64,000 bases of DNA from an uncultured Bacteroidales bacterium. GTDB taxonomy: Bacteria > Bacteroidota > Bacteroidia > Bacteroidales > UBA10428. A model generated the notes under the pieces. That model was not told the origin of the DNA. It ran no database searches and saw only the letters and a list, made by a program, of their open reading frames with translations. Location: contig CAZYDI010000007.1 of NCBI GenBank assembly GCA_964646255.1, forward strand, positions 3,330-67,329, written 5' to 3'. Positions 9,685-19,288 of the stretch are shown here, piece after piece. Position numbers and translations under genes: made by a program. The stretch's first letter is position 1. Every line of letters starts with the position of its first letter.

Positions 9685-11184
9685 ATGATTGAACTGAAAA
9701 AATTGCAGGTGTGGTTTATCACCGGTAGTCAGCATTTATACGGTGAAGATACCCTGAGACAAGTAGCTGAGGATTCTCAGAAAATTGTGGCTGAACTTGA
9801 TAAAGCTGCATCTATTCCCGTGCATATAGTTTTTAAGCCGGTGGTTAAAACTCCGGATGAAATTTTTGCAACGATTCAGCAGGCCAATGCTGCCAATGAA
9901 TGTATCGGTGTAATCACATGGTGCCACACGTTTTCACCATCAAAAATGTGGATCAATGGGTTGAAAATACTGCAGAAACCCGTTCTTCATTTACACACCC
10001 AGTTTAACCGTGACCTTCCCTGGGCTGATATCGACATGGATTTCATGAACCTTAACCAGGCCGCACATGGTGACCGTGAACACGGATTCATTATGAGCAG
10101 GATGAATGTAAGAAGGAAAGTGGTGGTTGGCCATTGGAGTGAAAAGGATGTTCAGCAGGATATCGGAATTTGGAGCAGAGCTGCTGCCGCCTGGTATGAT
10201 TTCCGCCAATTAAAGGTAGCCAGGTTTGGCGATAACATGCGCGAGGTTGCTGTTACCGAAGGTGATAAAGTGGAAGCCCAGATACAGTTTGGTATGTCGG
10301 TAAATGGTTATGGCATCGGCGACCTGGTTAAGCTTGTGAATGAAGTCACCGATAAGGAAATTGATGCGTTGGTAAAAGAATACAGTGATGTGTTCCAATT
10401 TGCCGACGATGCCAGGGCAGGTGGCAAGTATCATTCCAGCGTAAGATACCAGGCCCGTCTTGAATTAGCCATTGGTGCATTTCTAAAGGCCGGTGGTTTC
10501 GGAGCATTCACTACTACTTTTGAAGATTTGCATGGCCTTGAACAACTTCCGGGATTGGCCAGTCAACGATTGATGGCTGCTGGTTACGGTTTCGGAGCTG
10601 AGGGTGACTGGAAGCATTCCGCGCTGGTTAGGGCTGTAAAGGTTATGGGAATTGGATTAAAAGGGGGATGTTCCTTTATGGAAGATTACACCTATCATCT
10701 GAATCCTGCAGGGATGAAAGTGCTTGGAGCCCATATGCTCGAGATTTGTCCCAGCATCGCCACAGGCAAAGCAAAGCTTGAAGTACATCCGCTTGGCATA
10801 GGGGGTAAGAATGATCCCGCCCGCGTTGTCTTTAATGTTCCTGAAGGTCCTGCAATTAATGCCAGTTTAATCGATCTGGGTACCAGGTTCAGGCTTATCG
10901 TCAACTCAGTTGACTGCGTAAAGGCCGATGCCGATATGCCCAAACTACCTGTAGCACGCGCATTATGGATTCCACAGCCAAATCTTAAGGTTGGTGCCGG
11001 TGCATGGATTTTGGCAGGTGGTGCACACCATACAGCATTCAGCCAGGCTGTTGATGCCAGGTATATGGAGGATTTCTGTGAAATGGCAGGTATCGAATTC
11101 GTCCACATCGGCAAGGATGCCACAATGAGCAGCATAAAGCAGGAATTGCGGTGGAACGAACTTTATTACAGGTTTATTAAATAA
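9685..11184 (+). CDS. araA: L-arabinose isomerase
   Basis: ATG at 9685 (the listed 9676 is TTG). [46 protein letters not shown]. About 500 aa. Confidence 0.95.
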   Translation: MIELKKLQVWFITGSQHLYGEDTLRQVAEDSQKIVAELDKAASIPVHIVFKPVVKTPDEIFATIQQANAANECIGVITWCHTFSPSKMWINGLKILQKPVLHLHTQFNRDLPWADIDMDFMNLNQAAHGDREHGFIMSRMNVRRKVVVGHWSEKDVQQDIGIWSRAAAAWYDFRQLKVARFGDNMREVAVTEGDKVEAQIQFGMSVNGYGIGDLVKLVNEVTDKEIDALVKEYSDVFQFADDARAGGKYHSSVRYQARLELAIGAFLKAGGFGAFTTTFEDLHGLEQLPGLASQRLMAAGYGFGAEGDWKHSALVRAVKVMGIGLKGGCSFMEDYTYHLNPAGMKVLGAHMLEICPSIATGKAKLEVHPLGIGGKNDPARVVFNVPEGPAINASLIDLGTRFRLIVNSVDCVKADADMPKLPVARALWIPQPNLKVGAGAWILAGGAHHTAFSQAVDARYMEDFCEMAGIEFVHIGKDATMSSIKQELRWNELYYRFIK

Positions 11185-11196
11185 AAGGACTATTGA

Positions 11197-11250
11197 CAAC
11201 TGTCAGGCTACCCTGGTTTATAACCGGGCGTCCGGCAGTTGTTTTTTTTT
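11197..11250 (+). terminator. Rho-independent terminator after araA
   Basis: The ACAACTG...CAGTTGT outer stem encloses a CCTGGTT/AACCGGG inner stem and is followed by a T9 run (11242-11250). Confidence 0.7.
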
Positions 11251-11398
11251 GTAAAAACTGAATGAACCGTAAGGCTGAAGCAAGCCGAAGCCTGATAGCG
11301 AAATCAACTGCATTGGAAGAGGGGCATGGGAGGATATGAGTTACAGGCATTATTGTTCAGAAAATTTTATCTTTGCCTGGCTTAAAAACACCAATTTC

Positions 11399-11671
11399 AT
11401 GACCAGGAAAAATTTCGTGTCTCTTGCTGCCGGTTTTTTGGCATTCGGTGCTTTCTCAATTCCGGCATTGGCAGATGAACCCACCAAAAAAAGCAAAAGA
11501 TTTAAGGTAATCGAAAAACGTTGTGATGGTTGCGGTAGGTGTTTTAAGGCTTGCAGTAATACCGCCCTTGAAGTAACATCAAAAGGCAAGCCATTTATCC
11601 ATCCGGATAAATGCGACGGCTGCGGGGAATGTACCCGCTTTTGCCGTCGCATGGCTATTGTAGAGTCTTAA
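11399..11671 (+). CDS. Small 2x[4Fe-4S] ferredoxin-domain protein with an N-terminal hydrophobic signal or anchor
   Basis: The ATG at 11399 gives MTRKNFVSLAAGFLAFGAFSIPALADEP. Two CxxCxxCxxxC motifs follow (CDGCGRCFKAC, CDGCGECTRFC). The upstream 21 codons of the listed ORF carry no recognisable signal. Confidence 0.7.
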   Translation: MTRKNFVSLAAGFLAFGAFSIPALADEPTKKSKRFKVIEKRCDGCGRCFKACSNTALEVTSKGKPFIHPDKCDGCGECTRFCRRMAIVES

Positions 11672-12567
11672 TAAGATTTTACTGTATTTAGTTTCGCCGA
11701 ATACTTTTCAACCACCTGCTCCTGAATGGCAATTTTACCGGCCATGGCCTGTTGATCGGCATCATTTTTAGGTATATTTCTGTCGGCCTGGTTAATTTCA
11801 TTGTTGGCCTTGGTGATCTTGTTTTCTGCTGATTCAATATCATTCAGCATTTTCTTTTTCCTTTTTTCAAGGTCTTTAACATAAGAAGCTTTCTCTTCTT
11901 TGGATACTCCTTCTTCCATTGAACTGAGCTGGCTGGTTTGTTCTGCAATTTCGGCCGTAAGTTTTGTAAGTTCAGTGTTAAGAAGAACAATGTTGTCCTT
12001 TGATTCTGTTATCGCTGTACGATTCGACTGAATGGATTTTTGCATTTTTGACTTATTATTCTGCAAGCTGTTTAGTTCACCCTTCAGGTCATTAAGCTTC
12101 TTTTCTTCAGATTTCAATTCATCCTTTACAAGATCCATGTATTGTTCCTTGGCAAAATTTTTAAGGTAAGCCTTTGCTGCCTGTAATTCGGAATCTCCGT
12201 TGGCTTTTTCAATAAACTGGTCCTTTTTCACTTCAAAACTTACCGCCAGTTTAATCAGGGAGTCCTGTGATACAACTTTGCTGTATACATTCATCGGCGT
12301 TGGTGATATCGATTTAAATATGGCACCAAAGATTGACATCTCGCCGTTCTCAATTACCACCTTTGATTTGGTTCCGGACTGCAATTCTTTGATCCAGCTC
12401 TTTTCGACGCGATCAAAGGTTACTTCAGGAATGCTTACAATAATACCGGGATATTTTGATGATTTGTAAGCAATACTGTCTTCAGTTACAACAATGGGCT
12501 TTTGGGCAAGGAGATTGCCTGCAAGAGCCACCAATGCAATAACACAGAGGGTAAACGGTTGTTTCAT
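11668..12567 (-). CDS. Secreted hypothetical protein with a long C-terminal coiled coil
   Basis: Signal peptide MKQPFTLCVIALVALAGNLLAQ. A globular part of about 130 aa is followed by a heptad-rich, K/E/N/Q-rich segment (KSEEKKLNDLKGELNSLQNNKSKMQKSIQ...). Its stop codon overlaps the ferredoxin stop within TTAA. Confidence 0.6.
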   Translation of the reverse strand: MKQPFTLCVIALVALAGNLLAQKPIVVTEDSIAYKSSKYPGIIVSIPEVTFDRVEKSWIKELQSGTKSKVVIENGEMSIFGAIFKSISPTPMNVYSKVVSQDSLIKLAVSFEVKKDQFIEKANGDSELQAAKAYLKNFAKEQYMDLVKDELKSEEKKLNDLKGELNSLQNNKSKMQKSIQSNRTAITESKDNIVLLNTELTKLTAEIAEQTSQLSSMEEGVSKEEKASYVKDLEKRKKKMLNDIESAENKITKANNEINQADRNIPKNDADQQAMAGKIAIQEQVVEKYSAKLNTVKSY

Positions 12568-12743
12568 AGGTTTTTATTTTAAATATACAATTTATAAAGG
12601 AATTTTAAAAATTCATTCCTTGTTTTGCTTCATCATTATCATATTTAATGCCAAATCTTTTACTTTTGATAAAAATAGCAAGAAAGGCTTTGTTGGTGCG
12701 TTGAATTTTGTGATATATATATATTAACCTATTAAAACATACA

Positions 12744-15224
12744 ATGATGCGATCAGTAATTTGTCTTTTTCTAGTGGCGGTGATGATTCTTTCATGTTCG
12801 GGTCCAGGTAATGAAAAGCTTCTTATTAATGATCAGAACTATTTTGAATTGCCAGGCCTTAATGTTATGGTATTTGAGGATATTTATCCCGAAGGTCACC
12901 AGGGAGGTGTGGGCTTTATCCAGAACGGGGTAAGGGTAGCCACCAATGGCGATGTGAGGTTGGAGTTGACACCTGGTCAGTTTCAGCCTATTCCTAAGGT
13001 TGGTCCCCGGACCGTGGACAAAGAGAACAACCAGATTACCGTGAAATTATGGTATCCTGATACAGCCATAAACAGGAAAGGTTTTAACCCGATATTTTAT
13101 CCCGACCTTACTTTCACCTACCAGGTAAGGGTGGTTGGTGAAGGCGATTATTTCAAAATATTTGTCGACATGGACAAGCCTGTACCTTCGGAATGGGAAG
13201 GAAAAATTGGCTTTAACATTGAATTGTTCCCTTATGATTTGTTTGGAAAAACCTGGATGATGGATGCCAAATCGGGTTTTTTTCCTCCCCAGGGAAATGG
13301 TCCTGTGGATAAAGACCAGCCTGTTGCCATGGCAACCGGAAAAAAATTGGTTGTAGCACCCGAATCAGACAAGCAGCGTTTTAGCATTGAAAGTGCCACT
13401 GCCGATTTGCAATTGCTTGACGGACGCATTCGCCATTCAAATGGCTGGTTTGTTGTACGCTCGGCCGTTCCAGCCGGAGCAACGAAAAATGCCATTGAAT
13501 GGACTGTAAAGGTAAACCGGATCCCGGGCTTTAAAGCTGATCCTGTGGTTCATACTTCACAGGTAGGATACCATCCTTCTCAGAAGAAAAATGCCGTAAT
13601 CGAGCTGGATGCTGCTGACCGGAATATTTCCGCTGCTAAACTCGTGAAATTTTCAGGTGATGAAGAAAGCATTGTTAAATCAGGCAAACCGGCAACATGG
13701 GGAAAATTCCTGCGCTACAACTGTCTTATGTTTGATTTCTCTGATGTAACCGAAGAAGGTACTTATATGGTGCGGTATGGCGATTTCCATTCCAATCCTT
13801 TCGTCATTTCGAAGAGCGTATACGAAAGGCATGTATGGCAGCCTACCGTTGAAGTATTCCTGCCTGTGCAAATGTGCCATATGCGCGTAGTTGATGCTTA
13901 TCATGTATGGCACGATGCATGCCATTTGGATGATGCCATTATGGCTCCGGTTGACTGTGTATTGTTTGACGGCTATAAGCAGGGACCCTCAACCCTGACT
14001 AAATACAAGCCGGGTGACCGTGTTCCGGGATTAAATGCCGGCGGCTGGCACGATGCCGGTGATGACGACCTCAGGGTGGAATCACAGGCCATCACCATGC
14101 AACTTTTGGCGCTGGCATGGGAGGAATTCAGGCCCGAGCTTGATGCAACTACCATCAATCAGGATTCCAGGCTGGTTAGAATACATGTTGCCGATGGCAA
14201 ACCCGACATATTGCAGCAAATTGAACATGGCGCATTAACCGTTCTGGGCGGAGTTGAAAACCTGGGTAGGGCATACCGTGGTATCATTGTGCCAACCCTG
14301 GAGCAATATACCATGGTCGGAGATCCTTCTGTTCAGACGAATAATGTTAATTACAATAAATCGGTTAAATACAACGGTAAATTTGATAACAGGGCAGGTG
14401 TTGAGGATGACCGCCAGGTTTATACCGAGGAGAATCCTTCACATGAATATGCTGCCATTATAGGTTTGGCGGCTTCAGCACGGGTACTCAAAGAATATGA
14501 TGCCGCGCTGGCTGAGCGCTGCCGGAAAGCCGCTATCGGGTTGTGGAAGATGGAAAGAAAGTTGGGGCCATGGGACCTGTCATCGAAAATTAACGCGGCT
14601 TGTGAACTGCTGTTAACCACAAACGATGCTGAGTACAGGGATTTTCTCATCTCGATGACCGATTCCATTGCAAAGAGAATATCCCGTGTAGGCTGGTATG
14701 TTGTACGGACTATTCCGGTTGTCAATGACGACAATTACAAGACTAAACTCGAAACAGCTCTTGCCGGATTTGCTAAGGAAATTGAAGCGCTGGGTGCTGA
14801 AACCCCTTATGGAGTTCCTTATAAACCGCATATTTGGGGCGCAGGTTGGAATATTCAGGAGTTTGGCATGCGCCAGTATTACCTGTCAAAGCATTATCCC
14901 GATTTGTTTAAAATTGATTACCTCTACAATGCCCTGAATTTTGTGCTTGGATGCCATCCCGGAACCAACACTGCATCTTTTGCCTCGGGCGTGGGATCCA
15001 AATCAGTGTTGAGTGCATACGGATTTTACCGTGTTTACGATTACTATATCCCCGGCGGGGTTGTTTCAGGAACCGGCCTTATCAGGCCTGATTTCGCAGA
15101 ATTAAAGGAATTCCCATACCTGTGGCAGCAAACCGAATATGTTATGGGTGGTGGCGAAACCAACTATTTATTTCTTGTTCTTGCAGCCAATGCTACATTG
15201 AATGCTACAAAAACCAATGAATAG
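12744..15224 (+). CDS. GH9-like glycoside hydrolase lipoprotein with extra N-terminal domain and an Ig-like (CelD_N-type) domain
   Basis: Lipoprotein signal MMRSVICLFLVAVMILSCSG. VHTSQVGYHPSQKKNAVIELD resembles the CelD_N module. GGWHDAGDDDLRVESQ resembles the GH9 DAGD motif. The helix-rich C-terminal half is consistent with an (alpha/alpha)6 barrel. Family assignment is from memory of motifs only. Confidence 0.6.
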   Translation: MMRSVICLFLVAVMILSCSGPGNEKLLINDQNYFELPGLNVMVFEDIYPEGHQGGVGFIQNGVRVATNGDVRLELTPGQFQPIPKVGPRTVDKENNQITVKLWYPDTAINRKGFNPIFYPDLTFTYQVRVVGEGDYFKIFVDMDKPVPSEWEGKIGFNIELFPYDLFGKTWMMDAKSGFFPPQGNGPVDKDQPVAMATGKKLVVAPESDKQRFSIESATADLQLLDGRIRHSNGWFVVRSAVPAGATKNAIEWTVKVNRIPGFKADPVVHTSQVGYHPSQKKNAVIELDAADRNISAAKLVKFSGDEESIVKSGKPATWGKFLRYNCLMFDFSDVTEEGTYMVRYGDFHSNPFVISKSVYERHVWQPTVEVFLPVQMCHMRVVDAYHVWHDACHLDDAIMAPVDCVLFDGYKQGPSTLTKYKPGDRVPGLNAGGWHDAGDDDLRVESQAITMQLLALAWEEFRPELDATTINQDSRLVRIHVADGKPDILQQIEHGALTVLGGVENLGRAYRGIIVPTLEQYTMVGDPSVQTNNVNYNKSVKYNGKFDNRAGVEDDRQVYTEENPSHEYAAIIGLAASARVLKEYDAALAERCRKAAIGLWKMERKLGPWDLSSKINAACELLLTTNDAEYRDFLISMTDSIAKRISRVGWYVVRTIPVVNDDNYKTKLETALAGFAKEIEALGAETPYGVPYKPHIWGAGWNIQEFGMRQYYLSKHYPDLFKIDYLYNALNFVLGCHPGTNTASFASGVGSKSVLSAYGFYRVYDYYIPGGVVSGTGLIRPDFAELKEFPYLWQQTEYVMGGGETNYLFLVLAANATLNATKTNE

Positions 15225-16773
15225 ATTTCAGACTGCATTACTCCTGTTAATGGCCGTTGCCTGCACTGCTCACAATGAAAAGTTTGCAGGCAATACCATT
15301 GACATTCATTCTGTTCAAACCGAAGCCGGCATTGTTTCGGGATATTTTGGAAAAGATAGTGCCGTAATGATTTTTAAAGGTATTCCATATGCTGCTCCGC
15401 CCCTGAATGACCTACGATGGAAGGCGCCAGCAGCACCCCTTACATGGGATGGAGTACTGCACTGCGATAGTTTTGCACCAAGCGCTATGCAGCAAACCCC
15501 GGCACCGTTTGAAATGTGGTCAATGGAATTCATGGCCCCCGAAAAACCATTGAGCGAAGATTGTTTATACCTGAATATCTGGTCTCCGGCAAAAGGATCA
15601 GGTGAAAAGCTTCCTGTAATGGTATGGATACATGGCGGTGCATTCCATAGCGGATCAGGTTCAGTACCCTTGTATGACGGAGAAGAAATAGCCAAAAAAG
15701 GCATTGTCTTTATCACCATTAATTACAGGCTCGGGATATTCGGTTTTTTTGCCCATCCCGAATTATCTGCTGAATCACCCGATTATGTTTCCGGCAATTA
15801 TGGCATTCTTGATCAGATTGCAGCGCTTCGCTGGGTAAAGAACAATGTTGCCTCATTTGGCGGAAATCCTGAAAATGTTACAATAGCCGGACAGTCAGCC
15901 GGCGCTTTCAGTGTGCATGCATTGGTGGTCTCTTCCAAAGCCAGGGATTTATTCCACAGGGCCATCGCGCAAAGTGGCGGAATGTTCCGTCCGGCAGACA
16001 ACGGAACCGATTTACCGGCAGCAGAAAAAGCCGGTGCTGCATTGATTAAGGAGCTGAATATTGCATCTGTAAACGATTTAAGAAAGATGCCCGCCGAAGC
16101 GTTGCTTTCCAAAGGCGGGCGATGGGGTGCTATTGTCGACGGCATTGTAATTCCTAATGCATACAAGGCATTCAGTGATACCATGTATAACGATGTGCCG
16201 GTGCTTACCGGATGGAACGCCGATGAGTTCTTCTTTGGTAAAGTTTTAAATGCCAGGCAGTATACCGACTATGCCGGCAAAAACTTCGGTGATGATGCCG
16301 CTGAATTCCTGAACGTGTTTCCGGGCTCATCAGACGAGGAAGCAGCGCAATCACAGGTTTTGTTTTCGGTCCTTAATTTTGGCTGGCAAAATTATGCATG
16401 GGCACACATGCAAAACAAATATGGCAGGTGCAAATCATGGTTGTATTATTTCAGTCATGTTCCACCCGGTTTGCCCGACTATGGCGCTTTTCATTCAGCT
16501 GAGTTTGGTTATGCACTAAAAACACTGCAATTTTGGGATCGTCCGTTTGAGCCATATGATTACCAATTATCCGAAATGATGTCTGACTACTGGGTGAATT
16601 TTGCCAGAAATGGTGATCCTAATGGCGAAGGCTTGCCACAATGGGTGCCTTATGATCAATCAGGCAAAAAAGCAATGGAATTTGGTGACCAGGTAACGCT
16701 AATCGATGTGCCATATCAAAAACAGCTCAATTTTCTCAGCAGGTTAAAATTGGGACCGGATTCCTTAGAATAG
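15217..16773 (+). CDS. Type-B carboxylesterase/lipase family lipoprotein
   Basis: EDCLYLNIWSP, VWIHGGAFHSGSG, nucleophile elbow GQSAGA. Signal MNRFQTALLLLMAVACTA. The ATG at 15217 (or 15202) overlaps the GH9-like stop at 15224. Confidence 0.85.
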   Translation: MNRFQTALLLLMAVACTAHNEKFAGNTIDIHSVQTEAGIVSGYFGKDSAVMIFKGIPYAAPPLNDLRWKAPAAPLTWDGVLHCDSFAPSAMQQTPAPFEMWSMEFMAPEKPLSEDCLYLNIWSPAKGSGEKLPVMVWIHGGAFHSGSGSVPLYDGEEIAKKGIVFITINYRLGIFGFFAHPELSAESPDYVSGNYGILDQIAALRWVKNNVASFGGNPENVTIAGQSAGAFSVHALVVSSKARDLFHRAIAQSGGMFRPADNGTDLPAAEKAGAALIKELNIASVNDLRKMPAEALLSKGGRWGAIVDGIVIPNAYKAFSDTMYNDVPVLTGWNADEFFFGKVLNARQYTDYAGKNFGDDAAEFLNVFPGSSDEEAAQSQVLFSVLNFGWQNYAWAHMQNKYGRCKSWLYYFSHVPPGLPDYGAFHSAEFGYALKTLQFWDRPFEPYDYQLSEMMSDYWVNFARNGDPNGEGLPQWVPYDQSGKKAMEFGDQVTLIDVPYQKQLNFLSRLKLGPDSLE

Positions 16774-16832
16774 CACAAGGATTAAACATTCCGCTCAATA
16801 CGCTGTATTATACCATATCAAAACCTATTATA

Positions 16833-19106
16833 ATGAAAAGAATTACTATTGTATTTATCTCCGCAGTTTTCCTGGCCGTGATGGCACACGCCCAGGATGC
16901 CCAAATGACAGCCTTCATAAACCAGCTGATGGGAAAGATGACACTGGATGAAAAAATTGGCCAGTTGAACCTGACTACTGCCGGGGATTTTGTGACAGGC
17001 ACAAAAGAAAGTTCCAATACACTTCAGAAAGTTTCCAGGGGTGAAGTTGGCGCGATATTGAACAGCTTTTCGATCGCTTCAATGAAGGTTGCGCAGGATT
17101 TGGCCGTAAAGGAATCACCCAACAAAATCCCCATCCTCTTTGGTATGGATGTAATTCATGGATATAAAACCATTTTTCCCATTCCACTGGCCTTAAGTTG
17201 CTCATGGGATTTAGACCTGATAAAAAAGTCGGCCCGGATAGCCGCACAGGAAGCCACCGCCAATGGAATTGCATGGACCTATTCACCAATGGTTGATATT
17301 GCACGCGATGCCCGGTGGGGCCGGATTGCCGAAGGCAGTGGTGAGGACCCCTGGCTTGGCTCGCAAATAGCCCGGGTAATGGTTGAAGGATACCAGGGTG
17401 ACGATCTCTCATTGAACAATACCATGATGGCCTGTGTAAAGCATTTTGCACTTTATGGCGCCGCTGAGGCCGGCAGGGATTACAATACTGTTGACATGAG
17501 CAGAATAACCATGTATAACGACTATCTGCCCCCTTACAAAGCAGCTGTTGACGCAGGTGCGGGAAGCATAATGACTTCATTTAATGTGATCGACGGTGTG
17601 CCGGCAACCGGAAACCGCTGGTTATTCACTGAACTGCTTAGGGAACAATGGAAATTCGATGGCTTTGTGGTAACTGATTATACTGCCATTAATGAGATGA
17701 TCATGCATGGTATGGGCGATTTGCAGGCTGTATCTGCATTAGCCCTGAAAGCCGGAATCGACATGGATATGGTTGGTGAAGGATTCCTCACCACGTTGAA
17801 GAAATCGCTTAACGAGGGCAAAATCAGCCTGCAGGATATCGATGTTGCCTGCCGGAGAGTGCTTGAAGCCAAATACAAACTCGGATTATTTGATGATCCT
17901 TACCGGTATATGGATGAAAATCGCGCAAAATCAGAAGTGCTTACGGCCGATAATATTAAGGCTTCAAGGAATACTGCTGCCCGGTCGATGGTTTTACTTA
18001 AAAACGAAAAGGCTGTGCTGCCCCTCAGGAAAAGCGGGACGGTTGCGGTAATAGGTCCTCTTGCCGACAGCAAGGCAGACATGCTGGGAACCTGGGCTAT
18101 GGGTGGCGATCCTGAAAGAATTGTCAGCGTTGTTGAAGGTATTCGCAACACAGGAGGAAAGTCAGTAAAAGTGCTTTACGCTAAAGGTTCTGAAACCACC
18201 GATATACCAGGGATGATGAATGCACCTAACCCTTTGTCGGTTCAAAGCAACGTTCAGAAAGAAAAAAAATCCGCTGCCCAGTTGTTGGACGAGGCGCTAC
18301 AAGTTGCTTCCAGGGCTGATGTGGTTGTTGCGGTTTTAGGTGAGCCATCAGCATGGTCGGGCGAAGCGGCAAGCTTAACGAACATCGGGCTTCAGAAAAC
18401 CCAGCAGGATCTTTTAAAAGCATTGGTAGCTACGGGTAAGCCTGTGGTTCTGGTATTGATTAACGGCCGGCCCCTGACGCTTGATTGGGAAAATCAGCAT
18501 GTGCATGCCATACTTGAAGCCTGGGCCGGTGGCTCTGAAGCGGGTAATGCCATAGCTGATGTCCTTTTTGGTGATTATAACCCGTCAGGTAAGTTAACAA
18601 CGTCATTCCCCGTTAATGTTGGACAAATCCCCGTGTATTATAATCATAAAAACACGGGCAGGCCTATGGATCCGGCCAGCAAGTTCACTTCAAAATACCT
18701 CGACAGTCCAAATGCACCATTGTTCCCATTCGGATACGGGCTTAGCTATACTACCTTCCAATATGGAAAAATTGAGGTGAGCAGGAATCAACTCAAGGGG
18801 AACGAAACGCTTACCGTTCGGGTTAACCTTACCAATACAGGAAAAGTGGCAGGGGAAGAGGTTGTACAGTTATATATCCAGGATCCGGTTGCCTCTGTGT
18901 CAAGGCCCGTAAAAGAGTTAAAGAATTTCAGAAAGGTTTTGCTTCAGCCGGGTGAATCAAAGGAGATTGCATTTGAAGTATCCACCGGTGACCTCATGTT
19001 CTATAACAGCGATTTAAAGTATGATTGGGAACCGGGCGATTTTATCATTCATATTGGAACCAACTCACGTGACATACAGTCGGCAACAATAAACTGGGTA
19101 AAATAG
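16833..19106 (+). CDS. bglX: GH3 beta-glucosidase (BglX-like, periplasmic)
   Basis: Signal MKRITIVFISAVFLAVMAHAQ. GMDVIHGY, GRIAEGSGEDPWL, nucleophile region GFVVTDYTAI. C-terminal Fn3-like domain. 757 aa. Confidence 0.9.
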   Translation: MKRITIVFISAVFLAVMAHAQDAQMTAFINQLMGKMTLDEKIGQLNLTTAGDFVTGTKESSNTLQKVSRGEVGAILNSFSIASMKVAQDLAVKESPNKIPILFGMDVIHGYKTIFPIPLALSCSWDLDLIKKSARIAAQEATANGIAWTYSPMVDIARDARWGRIAEGSGEDPWLGSQIARVMVEGYQGDDLSLNNTMMACVKHFALYGAAEAGRDYNTVDMSRITMYNDYLPPYKAAVDAGAGSIMTSFNVIDGVPATGNRWLFTELLREQWKFDGFVVTDYTAINEMIMHGMGDLQAVSALALKAGIDMDMVGEGFLTTLKKSLNEGKISLQDIDVACRRVLEAKYKLGLFDDPYRYMDENRAKSEVLTADNIKASRNTAARSMVLLKNEKAVLPLRKSGTVAVIGPLADSKADMLGTWAMGGDPERIVSVVEGIRNTGGKSVKVLYAKGSETTDIPGMMNAPNPLSVQSNVQKEKKSAAQLLDEALQVASRADVVVAVLGEPSAWSGEAASLTNIGLQKTQQDLLKALVATGKPVVLVLINGRPLTLDWENQHVHAILEAWAGGSEAGNAIADVLFGDYNPSGKLTTSFPVNVGQIPVYYNHKNTGRPMDPASKFTSKYLDSPNAPLFPFGYGLSYTTFQYGKIEVSRNQLKGNETLTVRVNLTNTGKVAGEEVVQLYIQDPVASVSRPVKELKNFRKVLLQPGESKEIAFEVSTGDLMFYNSDLKYDWEPGDFIIHIGTNSRDIQSATINWVK

Positions 19107-19288
19107 AGCCAGGATGCAAAATCCAGTTCCAGGATCTAAGAACAGGCCTTGAATTTTTGTTTTTCGATCCTGGATCTTCAGCCTTCGATTTTCAGCACTA
19201 TCCTGCAAATAATTTGTTCTTTCGGTTTTTTTTTGCTAATTATATCCTCTCAACTTTATAACCAAAATCTAACATTGGAGGAAACGAA

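Noticed and set aside
16975-17580. 201-aa minus-strand ORF inside the GH3 gene. Similar antisense ORFs occur at 3495-3980, 10695-11135, 53341-53844, 54597-55124 and 55117-55595.
   Set aside because: All are antisense or out of frame within genes that carry strong family motifs. They have Pro/Arg/Cys/Ser-biased composition and no signal or domain features, so I treat them as non-coding.
19128-19174. 9-bp inverted repeat TCCAGGATC...GATCCTGGA with a 29-nt loop after the GH3 stop, plus further CCAGGAT copies, considered as a regulatory repeat cluster.
   Set aside because: The arms are short and the loop is long. The T9 run (19226-19234) is 50 nt away, so it is not a convincing terminator. I cannot distinguish it from chance.
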